IMG/VR virus record: IMGVR_UViG_3300017766_003100
Location: 128,001 to 192,000 of that record
DNA from: a virus
Taxonomy: Duplodnaviria; Caudoviricetes
Strand: one strand, 5' to 3'
Length of the DNA stretch: 64,000 nt
Shown here: positions 32,022 to 40,511 of the stretch, in pieces
Layout of the letters: each line of letters starts with the position of its first letter
Numbering within the stretch: position 1 is the stretch's first letter
The notes under the pieces: model-generated
What the model saw: only the letters and a program-made list of their open reading frames with translations
Databases searched by the model: none
What the model was told of the DNA's origin: nothing
Translations under genes and position numbers: made by a program

Positions 32022-32294
32022 ATGGAAAACCAAAAATTAGAATCAGTTGAAGTCTCAGTCTATGAATCTTATACTGCCTACACAAGAAAAAAACCATTGA
32101 TAATTAATATCGTGGATTACCCTGAATTAGAAGGAATGAATGAAGATGAAATCCAAGAATACATTCTTGAAAATGGTAATAGTATGAAACCTATAAACAA
32201 TGATGTTTATGAAAATTTATTAGATGAACTAACAAACCAAGATATAGATTGGGATAAATATGATAATGAAGATTTTAATATAATTGTAGAATAA
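32022..32294 (+). CDS. Acidic hypothetical protein
   Basis: Tightly packed ORF. Confidence 0.5.
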   Translation: MENQKLESVEVSVYESYTAYTRKKPLIINIVDYPELEGMNEDEIQEYILENGNSMKPINNDVYENLLDELTNQDIDWDKYDNEDFNIIVE

Positions 32295-32295
32295 T

Positions 32296-32541
32296 ATGGA
32301 TAATTTATTTAATGAAAAACCAAATATTGATTTGAAAAAACAACCTACAGTAAGTTGTGAAAAATGTGGGTCAATATATTTCAAAGAAGTTACATTGATA
32401 AAAAAAGTATCAAAATTGTTACTTGGTACTCCTAATGATACTATGGTACCATTCCCAACATATATGTGTAATGATTGTGGACACGTAAATGATGACTTTA
32501 GATTATTTGATGAAGATAATAAAACAAATTTAATATCGTGA
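32296..32541 (+). CDS. Zn-ribbon protein
   Basis: CEKC...CNDCGH. Confidence 0.6.
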   Translation: MDNLFNEKPNIDLKKQPTVSCEKCGSIYFKEVTLIKKVSKLLLGTPNDTMVPFPTYMCNDCGHVNDDFRLFDEDNKTNLIS

Positions 32542-33314
32542 TAAAAACTTTAGTACACTTCTCAGATTTACATTTGAGATTAATAAAAGACCACGATTTA
32601 TACAAATCAATATTGATTGATATGTTTAATCAATTCAAAGATATTAAACCTGATAGAATTGTCTTCAGCGGGGATTTAGTCCATAGTAAAAACCAAGTCA
32701 GTCCAGAACTTATTGAAATGGTTAGATGGACATTAGATGAATGTTCCAAGATTGCAAAAACAATCATCATTGTTGGAAATCACGATATGCTTGAAAACAA
32801 TTTATCAAGATTGGATACATTAACCCCCATCATTGAATCAATGAATAATGATAACATTGTCTATTATAAAGATAGAGGTGTTTATACTGATGAGAATATT
32901 GATTGGGTTGTATATTCTTTATTTGAACACAATATTCCCCCAACAATTGAGAAATCTAATAACCTTAAAATTGGATTGTTTCACGGACCTATTATAGGGT
33001 TATATACAGACATTGGATATAAGTTTGAGACAGGATATGAGGTGAGTAAATTTGAGGGATGTGATATCGTTCTATGCGGAGATATACACAAGCGTCAAAT
33101 TATTTATTTGGATAAAACTCCAATAATTCAAGTAGGCTCAACAATCCAACAGAACTATGGGGAGTCAATTAAGAAACACGGATTTGGAATTTATAATGTG
33201 GTTAAGGATGAATATTCATTTGTTGATTTGGATAATCCAAAACCTTTTCTTAAATTTGCAATAAATTCATTTGAAGATATAATTGATGGAAAAGAAAAAC
33301 TCACTAACGCTTAA
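32538..33314 (+). CDS. Mre11/SbcD/gp47-like metallophosphoesterase (nuclease domain only)
   Basis: SDLH, GDLVH, GNHD, FHG and GDIHK phosphoesterase motifs; GSTIQQNYGE. Confidence 0.85.
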   Translation: MIKTLVHFSDLHLRLIKDHDLYKSILIDMFNQFKDIKPDRIVFSGDLVHSKNQVSPELIEMVRWTLDECSKIAKTIIIVGNHDMLENNLSRLDTLTPIIESMNNDNIVYYKDRGVYTDENIDWVVYSLFEHNIPPTIEKSNNLKIGLFHGPIIGLYTDIGYKFETGYEVSKFEGCDIVLCGDIHKRQIIYLDKTPIIQVGSTIQQNYGESIKKHGFGIYNVVKDEYSFVDLDNPKPFLKFAINSFEDIIDGKEKLTNA

Positions 33315-33867
33315 CAAACAAACTCAAAAAGATTTAACTGATTATTGTAAGTTAAACAATATTGAAGATGTTGAGATATTTTTCCAACAATGTTTCAAAC
33401 AAGGATTTGATATAAAAAAATATGGATTAATAGGAGAAAATAATGAGAGAGTTATCGAATACATTGAAAAGGAAGTTCCGATTGAGGTTATCAAATATGT
33501 TGAGAAGGAGATTATCAAGGAAGTCCCCATCGAGATTATTAAAGAGATTGAAAAGGAAGTCATTGTTGAGGTAATAAAAGAAGTCCCAATTGAGTCGAAA
33601 ATTTTTGTACCAAATGAGGTTATAGTAGAAAAAATTGTGCAAGTTCCAGTTGAAGTTGAGAAGATAGTGGAAAAAATTGTACAAGTTGAAAAACCAAATG
33701 ATAAGATGGGAATGCTACAAGAGACATTGATGAAACTAAGAAAAGAGATTGGGGAGAAAGATAAAACAATAACTGAATTAAATAACAAGATTGAACAACT
33801 TGAAAAATTGTTATCCAATACTGGTGCTGTATTTATGAAGGGTTCAAATTTATTAAATAACTTATGA
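33283..33867 (+). CDS. Protein with VEKIVEVP/IKEVP repeats and C-terminal coiled coil
   Basis: Repeats at about 33455-33690. Confidence 0.65.
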   Translation: MMEKKNSLTLNKQTQKDLTDYCKLNNIEDVEIFFQQCFKQGFDIKKYGLIGENNERVIEYIEKEVPIEVIKYVEKEIIKEVPIEIIKEIEKEVIVEVIKEVPIESKIFVPNEVIVEKIVQVPVEVEKIVEKIVQVEKPNDKMGMLQETLMKLRKEIGEKDKTITELNNKIEQLEKLLSNTGAVFMKGSNLLNNL

Positions 33868-34082
33868 CAGCAGTAGAATGGTTAGCAAATGAAATTGATG
33901 GTTTAGATACAGCCATATCTTATGATTTTTTTCAAAAAAAAGTACAACAAGCCAACGAACTTTTTGAGCACCAGATAAAAGATGCTTGGAAAGATGGAGC
34001 TTATGGTGGTGGACAATTTACAACTACATTTGATAATGCAGAACAATACTACAATGAAACCTATAAAAACGAAACAAAATGA
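33864..34082 (+). CDS. Small hypothetical protein, MTAVE family
   Basis: Paralog of 34269-34493. Confidence 0.6.
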   Translation: MTAVEWLANEIDGLDTAISYDFFQKKVQQANELFEHQIKDAWKDGAYGGGQFTTTFDNAEQYYNETYKNETK

Positions 34083-34249
34083 CATTGGAAGAAATAAAAA
34101 ATAGAATGGAATACTTAGACGATATATTTTCAGATATTGGTAGGTGTGGCTATACTGATGATGAAATTGAAACTCAACAAGCTGAAATAGCTGAAGAGTG
34201 GTTAAAGTTAAATGAAATGAAAAAGAATCTTGAAAGTCAAATTAAGTAA
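34079..34249 (+). CDS. Small hypothetical protein (56 aa, not in ORF track)
   Basis: MTLEEIKNRMEYLDDIF...; ATGA overlap with the previous stop. Confidence 0.55.
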   Translation: MTLEEIKNRMEYLDDIFSDIGRCGYTDDEIETQQAEIAEEWLKLNEMKKNLESQIK

Positions 34250-34268
34250 TAATAACATAGAAAATAAA

Positions 34269-34493
34269 ATGACAGCAGTAGAATTTTTAATTAAGCAGAT
34301 ATTTAGCGAAGAAGATAAATCATTTTTAGAGTTTTACAATGGTGAAATTCAACGAGCTAATAAACTTTTTGAACAACAAATTAATGATGCTTTTAATGCA
34401 GGAGTAAATAGTGAAGATTATTATTATCCTAATTCAATGTTTACAGAAAGTGAAACCTATTACAATGAAACCTATAAAGAAGATAACTTATAA
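34269..34493 (+). CDS. Small hypothetical protein, MTAVE family
   Basis: ATG 34269 gives MTAVEF; shares YYNETYK end with 33864. Confidence 0.6.
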   Translation: MTAVEFLIKQIFSEEDKSFLEFYNGEIQRANKLFEQQINDAFNAGVNSEDYYYPNSMFTESETYYNETYKEDNL

Positions 34494-34500
34494 TATTTAT
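34494..34500 (+). promoter_or_regulatory. Putative late promoter TATTTAT
   Basis: 12 nt upstream of ATG 34513. Confidence 0.5.
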
Positions 34501-34512
34501 TGAAAAAATATT

Positions 34513-35016
34513 ATGAAAAAAATTGTAAGATTAACTGAATCAAATTTAATTAGATTGATAAAAAGAGTAGTTAATGAAAACGAAGAAAGTTTAAGAACTA
34601 AAATAAGTAAAGAGAGGCAAGGAATTGGTAATTTTGATAAAACTAAGGACTATAAAATTAAAGTTCTAAAAAGATTTCCTAAATATTTGATTGATATTCA
34701 TGATACTGCAGTTAATTATTGGGAAGATACTTTAGAGTCTTTTCCGTACACAAAAGAAGAATTAGATAAAGATAAACAGATTTACTCAACTCAAGAATAT
34801 GTATCTAAATCTTTTATAGATAGTATTACAGATAAAATATATGAAAAATCAGATATAATATTATGTGAAGATAAACAAGGTAAACTTTGGTTGTTAGATG
34901 GACATCATAGATTAGTTTATGATAGAATGAATAACCGAAATTCTAAAGTTTATATTATACCTTTTGAAGATGTTGTTGAAATACAAGACACTTTCTATTC
35001 TGGAGGAGATGATTAA
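34513..35016 (+). CDS. ParB/Srx-like domain protein with N-terminal head-targeting-like peptide
   Basis: LWLLDGHHRL motif; N-terminus MKKIVRLTESNLIRLIKRVVNE. Confidence 0.6.
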   Translation: MKKIVRLTESNLIRLIKRVVNENEESLRTKISKERQGIGNFDKTKDYKIKVLKRFPKYLIDIHDTAVNYWEDTLESFPYTKEELDKDKQIYSTQEYVSKSFIDSITDKIYEKSDIILCEDKQGKLWLLDGHHRLVYDRMNNRNSKVYIIPFEDVVEIQDTFYSGGDD

Positions 35017-35037
35017 AAAACAATAAAAATTAATAAT

Positions 35038-35256
35038 ATGGCAGATAGAAGAAGTACAGAAATATTTGAAAGAATATTCGAAGTGTTGGCAAACAATCCA
35101 GTTCAAGAAAACATTGATATTGCCAATGAAATGTGGTCAATGATTGGTGATTATGATATTCCACTCAGTAATTTGGAATATGAAAATCTAATAACACTTG
35201 GTTTGGCGAGTGTTGATGAAGATGGTGAAATAAAATATAAAGAAGTTTCATATTAA
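35038..35256 (+). CDS. Hypothetical protein
   Basis: ORF with A-rich leader. Confidence 0.5.
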   Translation: MADRRSTEIFERIFEVLANNPVQENIDIANEMWSMIGDYDIPLSNLEYENLITLGLASVDEDGEIKYKEVSY

Positions 35257-35258
35257 CA

Positions 35259-35265
35259 TATTTAT
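35259..35265 (+). promoter_or_regulatory. Putative late promoter TATTTAT
   Basis: 12 nt upstream of ATG 35278. Confidence 0.5.
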
Positions 35266-35277
35266 AGTTAAAAACAT

Positions 35278-35652
35278 ATGGAAAAGTTAATAAGAAGAAT
35301 CTTAAAAGAAATTAGAGAAGAAAATCCCCATCATCAACTTAAAAAGTTTTTGGAAGATAGGATTAGTTTTGAAGGTTATGATTTGGATAAAAATCCACGT
35401 AACAAAATTAGTCAATTATATGATGTTTTTGAAGATGAATATGGTTGGGCTATCAAAAGAATGGGTGAAAGAAAAGCTATAATTGAATGGTTACAAGGAT
35501 TACCAAGTACAATTGATATTCCTTATTATTATGATGAAATCAGTAATTTATTGTATGCTTTAGGTTTTGATGAGGTCAAAGAAATGGAAGATGATGAAGT
35601 TAGTGAATTTTATTATGATTTAATTGCAAAAACTATTCTAAAAAACAAGTAA
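35278..35652 (+). CDS. Hypothetical protein with IRRILKE N-terminus (putative head-internal protein)
   Basis: MEKLIRRILKEIRE. Confidence 0.5.
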   Translation: MEKLIRRILKEIREENPHHQLKKFLEDRISFEGYDLDKNPRNKISQLYDVFEDEYGWAIKRMGERKAIIEWLQGLPSTIDIPYYYDEISNLLYALGFDEVKEMEDDEVSEFYYDLIAKTILKNK

Positions 35653-35673
35653 ATTAATTAACATTTAACTTTT

Positions 35674-35717
35674 ACAAAGTCCCACTATTTTTAACTAAAA
35701 AAGATAGTGGGATTTGT
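35674..35717 (+). promoter_or_regulatory. Hairpin sequestering the GTG start of the downstream nuclease
   Basis: acaaagtcccactat ... atagtgggatttgt inverted repeat with one bulge; GTG 35707 lies in the 3' arm. Confidence 0.6.
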
Positions 35718-36003
35718 TTACTTTGTCAAAGACAATTCTGACCAAGTTAAAATAGGGTACACAAAAAGAGATGTACAAAAGAGGGTAAAAGAGTTGAATT
35801 CACCAAATTTAAGTGTTATTCTTGAATTTGAGTCAAAGTACCCCACCCAACTAGAAAAAGCCTTACATTTTAGATTCAAACAACATAATATTGAGAGGGA
35901 GTGGTTTAATTTAACTGACTTCACTATTGATGATTTGAAAAATATTTGTCATATTTTGGATGAAGGAATTTGTATAATAAATGATAAAACAAAAATAATT
36001 TAA
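35707..36003 (+). CDS. T5orf172/GIY-YIG-like nuclease
   Basis: GFVYFV...VKIGYT...KRVKELN...LEKALH..F......EWF. Confidence 0.8.
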   Translation: MGFVYFVKDNSDQVKIGYTKRDVQKRVKELNSPNLSVILEFESKYPTQLEKALHFRFKQHNIEREWFNLTDFTIDDLKNICHILDEGICIINDKTKII

Positions 36004-36005
36004 CA

Positions 36006-36440
36006 ATGGAAAACGAGTTAACAGAAAAATTAATGAACTCCAAAAGAATTATGGATATCGTATCCAAGGGAGATACTATTAAGAAGTTCCCAATCTCAAG
36101 TCAAGGTGGACCATTCTTTTACGTTGACAAATCTGAACCAAACCCAGTGTTAAAAAAATATGAAGTCCCAGTGGGGTTAGTTGAAAAATTCAGACAAACA
36201 TTTGGAGATGAAGATGGTAATGTCGGACTTTATCTAACTGAAGAAGACATAAATAATTTTGTAAAAACAAATGAAATTCCAAAAAGAATAGTAGAATGTG
36301 TTCAATGTACTCTTAATCGTCTTGGAAACGATTTTACAATAACGCCAAAATTAATTAATCCTAAAGATTTAAGTGTTACTTGGGATATATTAGGTGATAA
36401 TGGTTTAAAATATAAAATTTCAATAAACATACAAAAATAA
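36006..36440 (+). CDS. Hypothetical protein
   Basis: ORF, 144 aa. Confidence 0.55.
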   Translation: MENELTEKLMNSKRIMDIVSKGDTIKKFPISSQGGPFFYVDKSEPNPVLKKYEVPVGLVEKFRQTFGDEDGNVGLYLTEEDINNFVKTNEIPKRIVECVQCTLNRLGNDFTITPKLINPKDLSVTWDILGDNGLKYKISINIQK

Positions 36441-36468
36441 TACTCAATAAACGAAAATAAATTTTAAT

Positions 36469-37074
36469 ATGAAATTAAAAGAATTAATTAAGAATGAAAT
36501 TATCAAAGGAGATGAATTATCAGTAATGATTGATTTATTAAAAGAATGTGAGGAATTGCAAAATTGTGATGAATTAATTATCATAAAAGAACCAGTGTTT
36601 CTTGATGAAAATGGGAAAACAAAGATGGTTCAAACTTTTAAGGTTGACGATAATAACTCTTTTAAAGGTAAATGTTATCTCTATTCAATTGGGTTAACAC
36701 CTGAAATGTTTGACCCAAATAAAATTAATGATTTGGTTAAAGATGGTGCATCAATCACTCCTGCAATAGTTGACCCATCAACATTGACATTAAAAAAGAA
36801 AATTATCATAGAGTTTGAACCTGAAACATTACAAGACGAAGCAATTTATGGTCTTGGAAGTCCTAGTATGATTGAGGATGCTGAAAATGAAAAAAATAAA
36901 AGTATAAGAAAAAAATTACATCAAACACTAGATAATATTTTGGATTCACCACAAGATTATCAAATTAAAGGTGAAAGGGGTGTAATGATTAGAGGGGTGT
37001 TTGAAACCAAAAAAAATGATGAGGTAGAATTAACTCAGATGCCACTTTGTTCAATGTTAATTCCACCTGAATAA
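36469..37074 (+). CDS. Hypothetical protein (possible in-frame extension to 37164)
   Basis: ORF, 201 aa; frame stays open for 29 codons past the TAA. Confidence 0.55.
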   Translation: MKLKELIKNEIIKGDELSVMIDLLKECEELQNCDELIIIKEPVFLDENGKTKMVQTFKVDDNNSFKGKCYLYSIGLTPEMFDPNKINDLVKDGASITPAIVDPSTLTLKKKIIIEFEPETLQDEAIYGLGSPSMIEDAENEKNKSIRKKLHQTLDNILDSPQDYQIKGERGVMIRGVFETKKNDEVELTQMPLCSMLIPPE

Positions 37075-37167
37075 GGTAGTAAATATATCGAAGAGTTAGG
37101 TCATAAAGGAATTAATGTTACAAGACAAGAAATAAATGAATTTTTAAATAAACATAAAAAATAAATT

Positions 37168-37452
37168 ATGATTTGGTTATTTAAAGTTGATGAAGTTTTT
37201 TGGAATGATAAACCAAAAATAAATGACTACTTTACATTTGACACTAATGATAATGAGTTTGATGTAACTAAATATGATATATCACTTTATTTCCCGACAG
37301 CAGATTACTATTTACATAGCGATTCCAACTTGGAAGAAATATATCAGTTGAGATATGTTGGTACTCAAAATCCAATGAGAATATTAGTACCCAAAGACAA
37401 CGAAATTTATAATATGATTAGAGAATTTCACATAAACATACAAAAAGATTAA
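37168..37452 (+). CDS. Hypothetical protein
   Basis: ORF, 94 aa. Confidence 0.5.
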   Translation: MIWLFKVDEVFWNDKPKINDYFTFDTNDNEFDVTKYDISLYFPTADYYLHSDSNLEEIYQLRYVGTQNPMRILVPKDNEIYNMIREFHINIQKD

Positions 37453-37456
37453 ACTT

Positions 37457-37621
37457 ATGAAAAACATTTTAGTAAAAATTGGATTTAGAATAGCAAGTTG
37501 GCTATACAAACAAGGAATTATCGCACCACAACTTTTATCCCACGAAGATGGAACTTCTGTTAGAAACATTAAAATTCTTACTCCTGAAGAGAGTGAACAA
37601 CTTAAAAACAATTTAGCATGA
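37457..37621 (+). CDS. Small hypothetical protein (54 aa, not in ORF track)
   Basis: MKNILVKIGFRIASWL...; ATGA overlap with the next gene. Confidence 0.5.
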   Translation: MKNILVKIGFRIASWLYKQGIIAPQLLSHEDGTSVRNIKILTPEESEQLKNNLA

Positions 37622-37971
37622 TTACAATTCAAATTTTAACTTGGTTTGTTATGGCCTATGGGTTCACAAACATTATGGTTTATGGAAGTATTTTTCAAGG
37701 ATTAAGAGATACAATTAAAGGTTTTGGGAATCACCCATATTTTCCACTTAACTTCCTATTCAAATTTATAGATGGTATTTTGTCCTGTGTAATGTGTTGC
37801 TCAACATGGATTGGATTTTTTATTGGATTGGTTATTTGGTCACCAAATTATCATTTATTTGGAATGCCGATTTACACATCTTGGTTTTTTGATGGATTAA
37901 TTGCATCAGGAGCAGTATGGGCAATCAATGCCATTGTTGAATATTATGAAGAAAATAGACCATCTAAATGA
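37618..37971 (+). CDS. Membrane protein, DUF1360-like
   Basis: Three hydrophobic segments with a CVMCCSTWIG motif. Confidence 0.55.
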   Translation: MITIQILTWFVMAYGFTNIMVYGSIFQGLRDTIKGFGNHPYFPLNFLFKFIDGILSCVMCCSTWIGFFIGLVIWSPNYHLFGMPIYTSWFFDGLIASGAVWAINAIVEYYEENRPSK

Positions 37972-38591
37972 AAAAAGTATTAGAGTTATTTGCTGGTAGT
38001 CGTTCTATTGGTAAAGCCGCAGAATCACTTGGAATGGAAGTATTTTCAGTTGATTGGGAACAATATGAGGGGATAAATTTATCAAAAGATATTGGTGAAT
38101 TAACAATGGAAGATGTTCCATTCACCCCTGATATTGTTTGGGCTTCACCAGATTGTACAACATATACAATTGCTGCAATATCACACCACAGAAACGGAAC
38201 TGAACCCAAAAGTGAATATGCAAAAAAATGTGATATGGTTAATCAACATTTTATTTCATTGATAAAACAATGGTTAACCATTAATCCAAATATGGTATTC
38301 TTTATTGAAAATCCAAGGGGTATGTTAAGAAAGATGCCTTGGATGTTAGAATTCACAAGACATACAATATGGTATTGCAAATATGGTGATGAAAGAGCCA
38401 AACCAACTGATATATGGACAAATAGTACAACTTGGATAGCAAGACCTGTTTGCAAGAATGGTAATACGGAATGTCATCACCAACCAGCACCAAGGGGAAG
38501 TAAAACTGGAACTCAAGGTAGAAAAGGAAGTTATGAAAGAAGTAAAATACCTGAACAACTTTGCAATGAAATATTAACATCAACATTATGA
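37968..38591 (+). CDS. DNA (cytosine-5) methyltransferase, compact
   Basis: LELFAG (motif I), WASPDC (IV), IENP (VI), YCKYG...KPT (VIII-like). Confidence 0.8.
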   Translation: MKKVLELFAGSRSIGKAAESLGMEVFSVDWEQYEGINLSKDIGELTMEDVPFTPDIVWASPDCTTYTIAAISHHRNGTEPKSEYAKKCDMVNQHFISLIKQWLTINPNMVFFIENPRGMLRKMPWMLEFTRHTIWYCKYGDERAKPTDIWTNSTTWIARPVCKNGNTECHHQPAPRGSKTGTQGRKGSYERSKIPEQLCNEILTSTL

Positions 38592-39220
38592 AAGTATTAA
38601 ATCTATATGCAGGTATTGGTGGGAATAGAAAATATTGGGAAGATGTTGAAGTAACAGCGGTTGAATATAATGAAGAAATCGCAAATGTATATCAACATTT
38701 TTTCCCCAATGATAATGTTATTGTTGATGATGCCCACGAATATCTTGCAAAGAATTGGAGAAACTTTGATTTTATATGGAGCAGTCCCCCTTGTCAAAGT
38801 CATAGCAAAGTTAGGATGATGGCAAGCAAGGGTGGAAGTTATGATTCAGTAATGCCAGATATGAAATTATGGGCGGAGATAATCTTCTTACAAAACTTCA
38901 CAAAGAATACCAATATAAAGTTTGTTGTTGAGAATGTTAAACCCTATTATGAACCATTTGTTAAACCATCATTGAAATTGGGAAGACATTTATTTTGGAC
39001 AAACTTTGATATTCCAATTATTGATATTAAGGATGGTTTAACCCATAATGAGAGGGGAAGTTCAGAGAAGGGTTATTTTGATTTGAGGGAGTTTAAATTA
39101 AAACATAGGAAAGACCAAATTATTAGAAATTGTGTTGACCCCAATGTTGGAAAATATATATTTGACATTGTTAAAAAAAATAATTATGATGGAGAAAAAA
39201 TTGGTGAGATTTCCCAATGA
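38588..39220 (+). CDS. DNA (cytosine-5) methyltransferase, compact
   Basis: LNLYAGIGG (I), WSSPPCQ (IV), VENV (VI), GRHLFW (VIII). Confidence 0.85.
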   Translation: MKVLNLYAGIGGNRKYWEDVEVTAVEYNEEIANVYQHFFPNDNVIVDDAHEYLAKNWRNFDFIWSSPPCQSHSKVRMMASKGGSYDSVMPDMKLWAEIIFLQNFTKNTNIKFVVENVKPYYEPFVKPSLKLGRHLFWTNFDIPIIDIKDGLTHNERGSSEKGYFDLREFKLKHRKDQIIRNCVDPNVGKYIFDIVKKNNYDGEKIGEISQ

Positions 39221-39332
39221 AAGTGAGTTCATTGAAATGGAAATCAATATGGATGAATTTGATAATGATAAAACATTTGAACAAGAAATGTTTGGATGGT
39301 ACAAAGGAATTTACATTTCAATTAAATTATAA
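39186..39332 (+). CDS. Small hypothetical protein
   Basis: ATG 39186 (MMEKKLVRFP...); TAATG coupling to the next gene. Confidence 0.45.
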   Translation: MMEKKLVRFPNESEFIEMEINMDEFDNDKTFEQEMFGWYKGIYISIKL

Positions 39333-39763
39333 TGGAACTAATAACAACTTATATTTGTAAATTATCTGACACTGGTGTTCACGATAATATATTTGGTGGA
39401 ACAATACTTGGATTGATTGACCAAAGTGCTGGTGCTTATGCCGCACAGATATGTGATACACCAAGAATGGTGACAGTTAAAATTGATGAATTGGTTTTTA
39501 AGAATCCAGTTAAAGCTGGAACAATTATAAAAATATATGGTAAAGTTTTGGAATTTGGTAATACTTCCATAACTTTATACATTGAAGTTAGAAAACATAA
39601 TGTTTACACTGGTAAACAAGAGGTTGTGGTTTCAACTAATATCAAGTTTGTTAGAATTGATGAAGAAGGTTATCCAATTCCAATCTCGGAAAGAGTTAAG
39701 ATTAGATACAATGAAAGAATTGAAAAATATGGTAAAGGATTATTAAACCCTGATGAAAGATAA
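39332..39763 (+). CDS. Acyl-CoA thioesterase (YciA-type hotdog fold)
   Basis: DTGVHDNIFGGTILGLIDQSAG, VTVKIDELVFKNPV, FGNTSI, FVRIDEEG.P. Confidence 0.85.
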   Translation: MELITTYICKLSDTGVHDNIFGGTILGLIDQSAGAYAAQICDTPRMVTVKIDELVFKNPVKAGTIIKIYGKVLEFGNTSITLYIEVRKHNVYTGKQEVVVSTNIKFVRIDEEGYPIPISERVKIRYNERIEKYGKGLLNPDER

Positions 39764-39769
39764 ATTAAT

Positions 39770-40240
39770 ATGGAAGATTTTGATTCATTAAATGAAAAAC
39801 AATTGGAATCCCTTGAAAGGGGACTCTCCGATTTAAAAAATAATAGAGTTATGACAAGTGATGAGTTTTGGAAGGAATTGTTATCAAAAAAAGAACAACA
39901 AGTACTAATTGATGAGGCTTATGAGAATTATTGTAAGTCATTTGAAAATCAAACACTAATTGAACAATACTCTTTTGATACAGACCCAATGACTCAATTT
40001 ATGTTCATCAACAAATGTAAAACAGATTCTGAGTTCTCTGAGAAATGGGGTCTAACCATTGAAGAACGAGAGTTGAGTTTGGAAGAACGATATGATTGGT
40101 TTATAAAAACATATAACACAAATTTAACAAGAAGTAGTAATCAATATAATATGGAAGATATATTGAGTAGTAATAATTGTTCAAATAAACTAATCACAAT
40201 ATCTTATCACGATAAAACAATAGAAAGTTATGAAAGTTAA
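39770..40240 (+). CDS. Chimeric hypothetical protein (antitoxin-like N-terminus; thyA-like internal segment)
   Basis: LERGLSDLKNNRVMTSDEFW; FINKCKTDSEFSEKWG matches thyA FINKIKTDDEFAQKWG. Confidence 0.5.
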   Translation: MEDFDSLNEKQLESLERGLSDLKNNRVMTSDEFWKELLSKKEQQVLIDEAYENYCKSFENQTLIEQYSFDTDPMTQFMFINKCKTDSEFSEKWGLTIEERELSLEERYDWFIKTYNTNLTRSSNQYNMEDILSSNNCSNKLITISYHDKTIESYES

Positions 40241-40511
40241 AATTAATGAAAAATGGTTTGAGGGAAGATATAATGATGAGCGAAAATTTATTATACCCCT
40301 ATCTGAAGAGCAAGATATTATATTTTTTTATAAATGGCAAAAAAAACATAATAAGTTTGGTATGCCAAAATCAGATTACACAGAAGATATTGAATATAAA
40401 ACAATATGTGAGTCTGGTACTTTAATTAGTTGTTACCCGATACTAAACCTAAATGAAGATGAGGTTTGGTTAAAATTTGATAGTTATAAACCAATTGAAT
40501 CTTATGAATGA
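40230..40511 (+). CDS. Hypothetical protein
   Basis: Overlapping packed ORF. Confidence 0.45.
   Translation: MKVKINEKWFEGRYNDERKFIIPLSEEQDIIFFYKWQKKHNKFGMPKSDYTEDIEYKTICESGTLISCYPILNLNEDEVWLKFDSYKPIESYE

Noticed and set aside
33342-33818. Long antisense ORFs over the EKIVEVP repeat gene
   Set aside because: Stop-poor shadow of a repetitive coding strand; no independent signals
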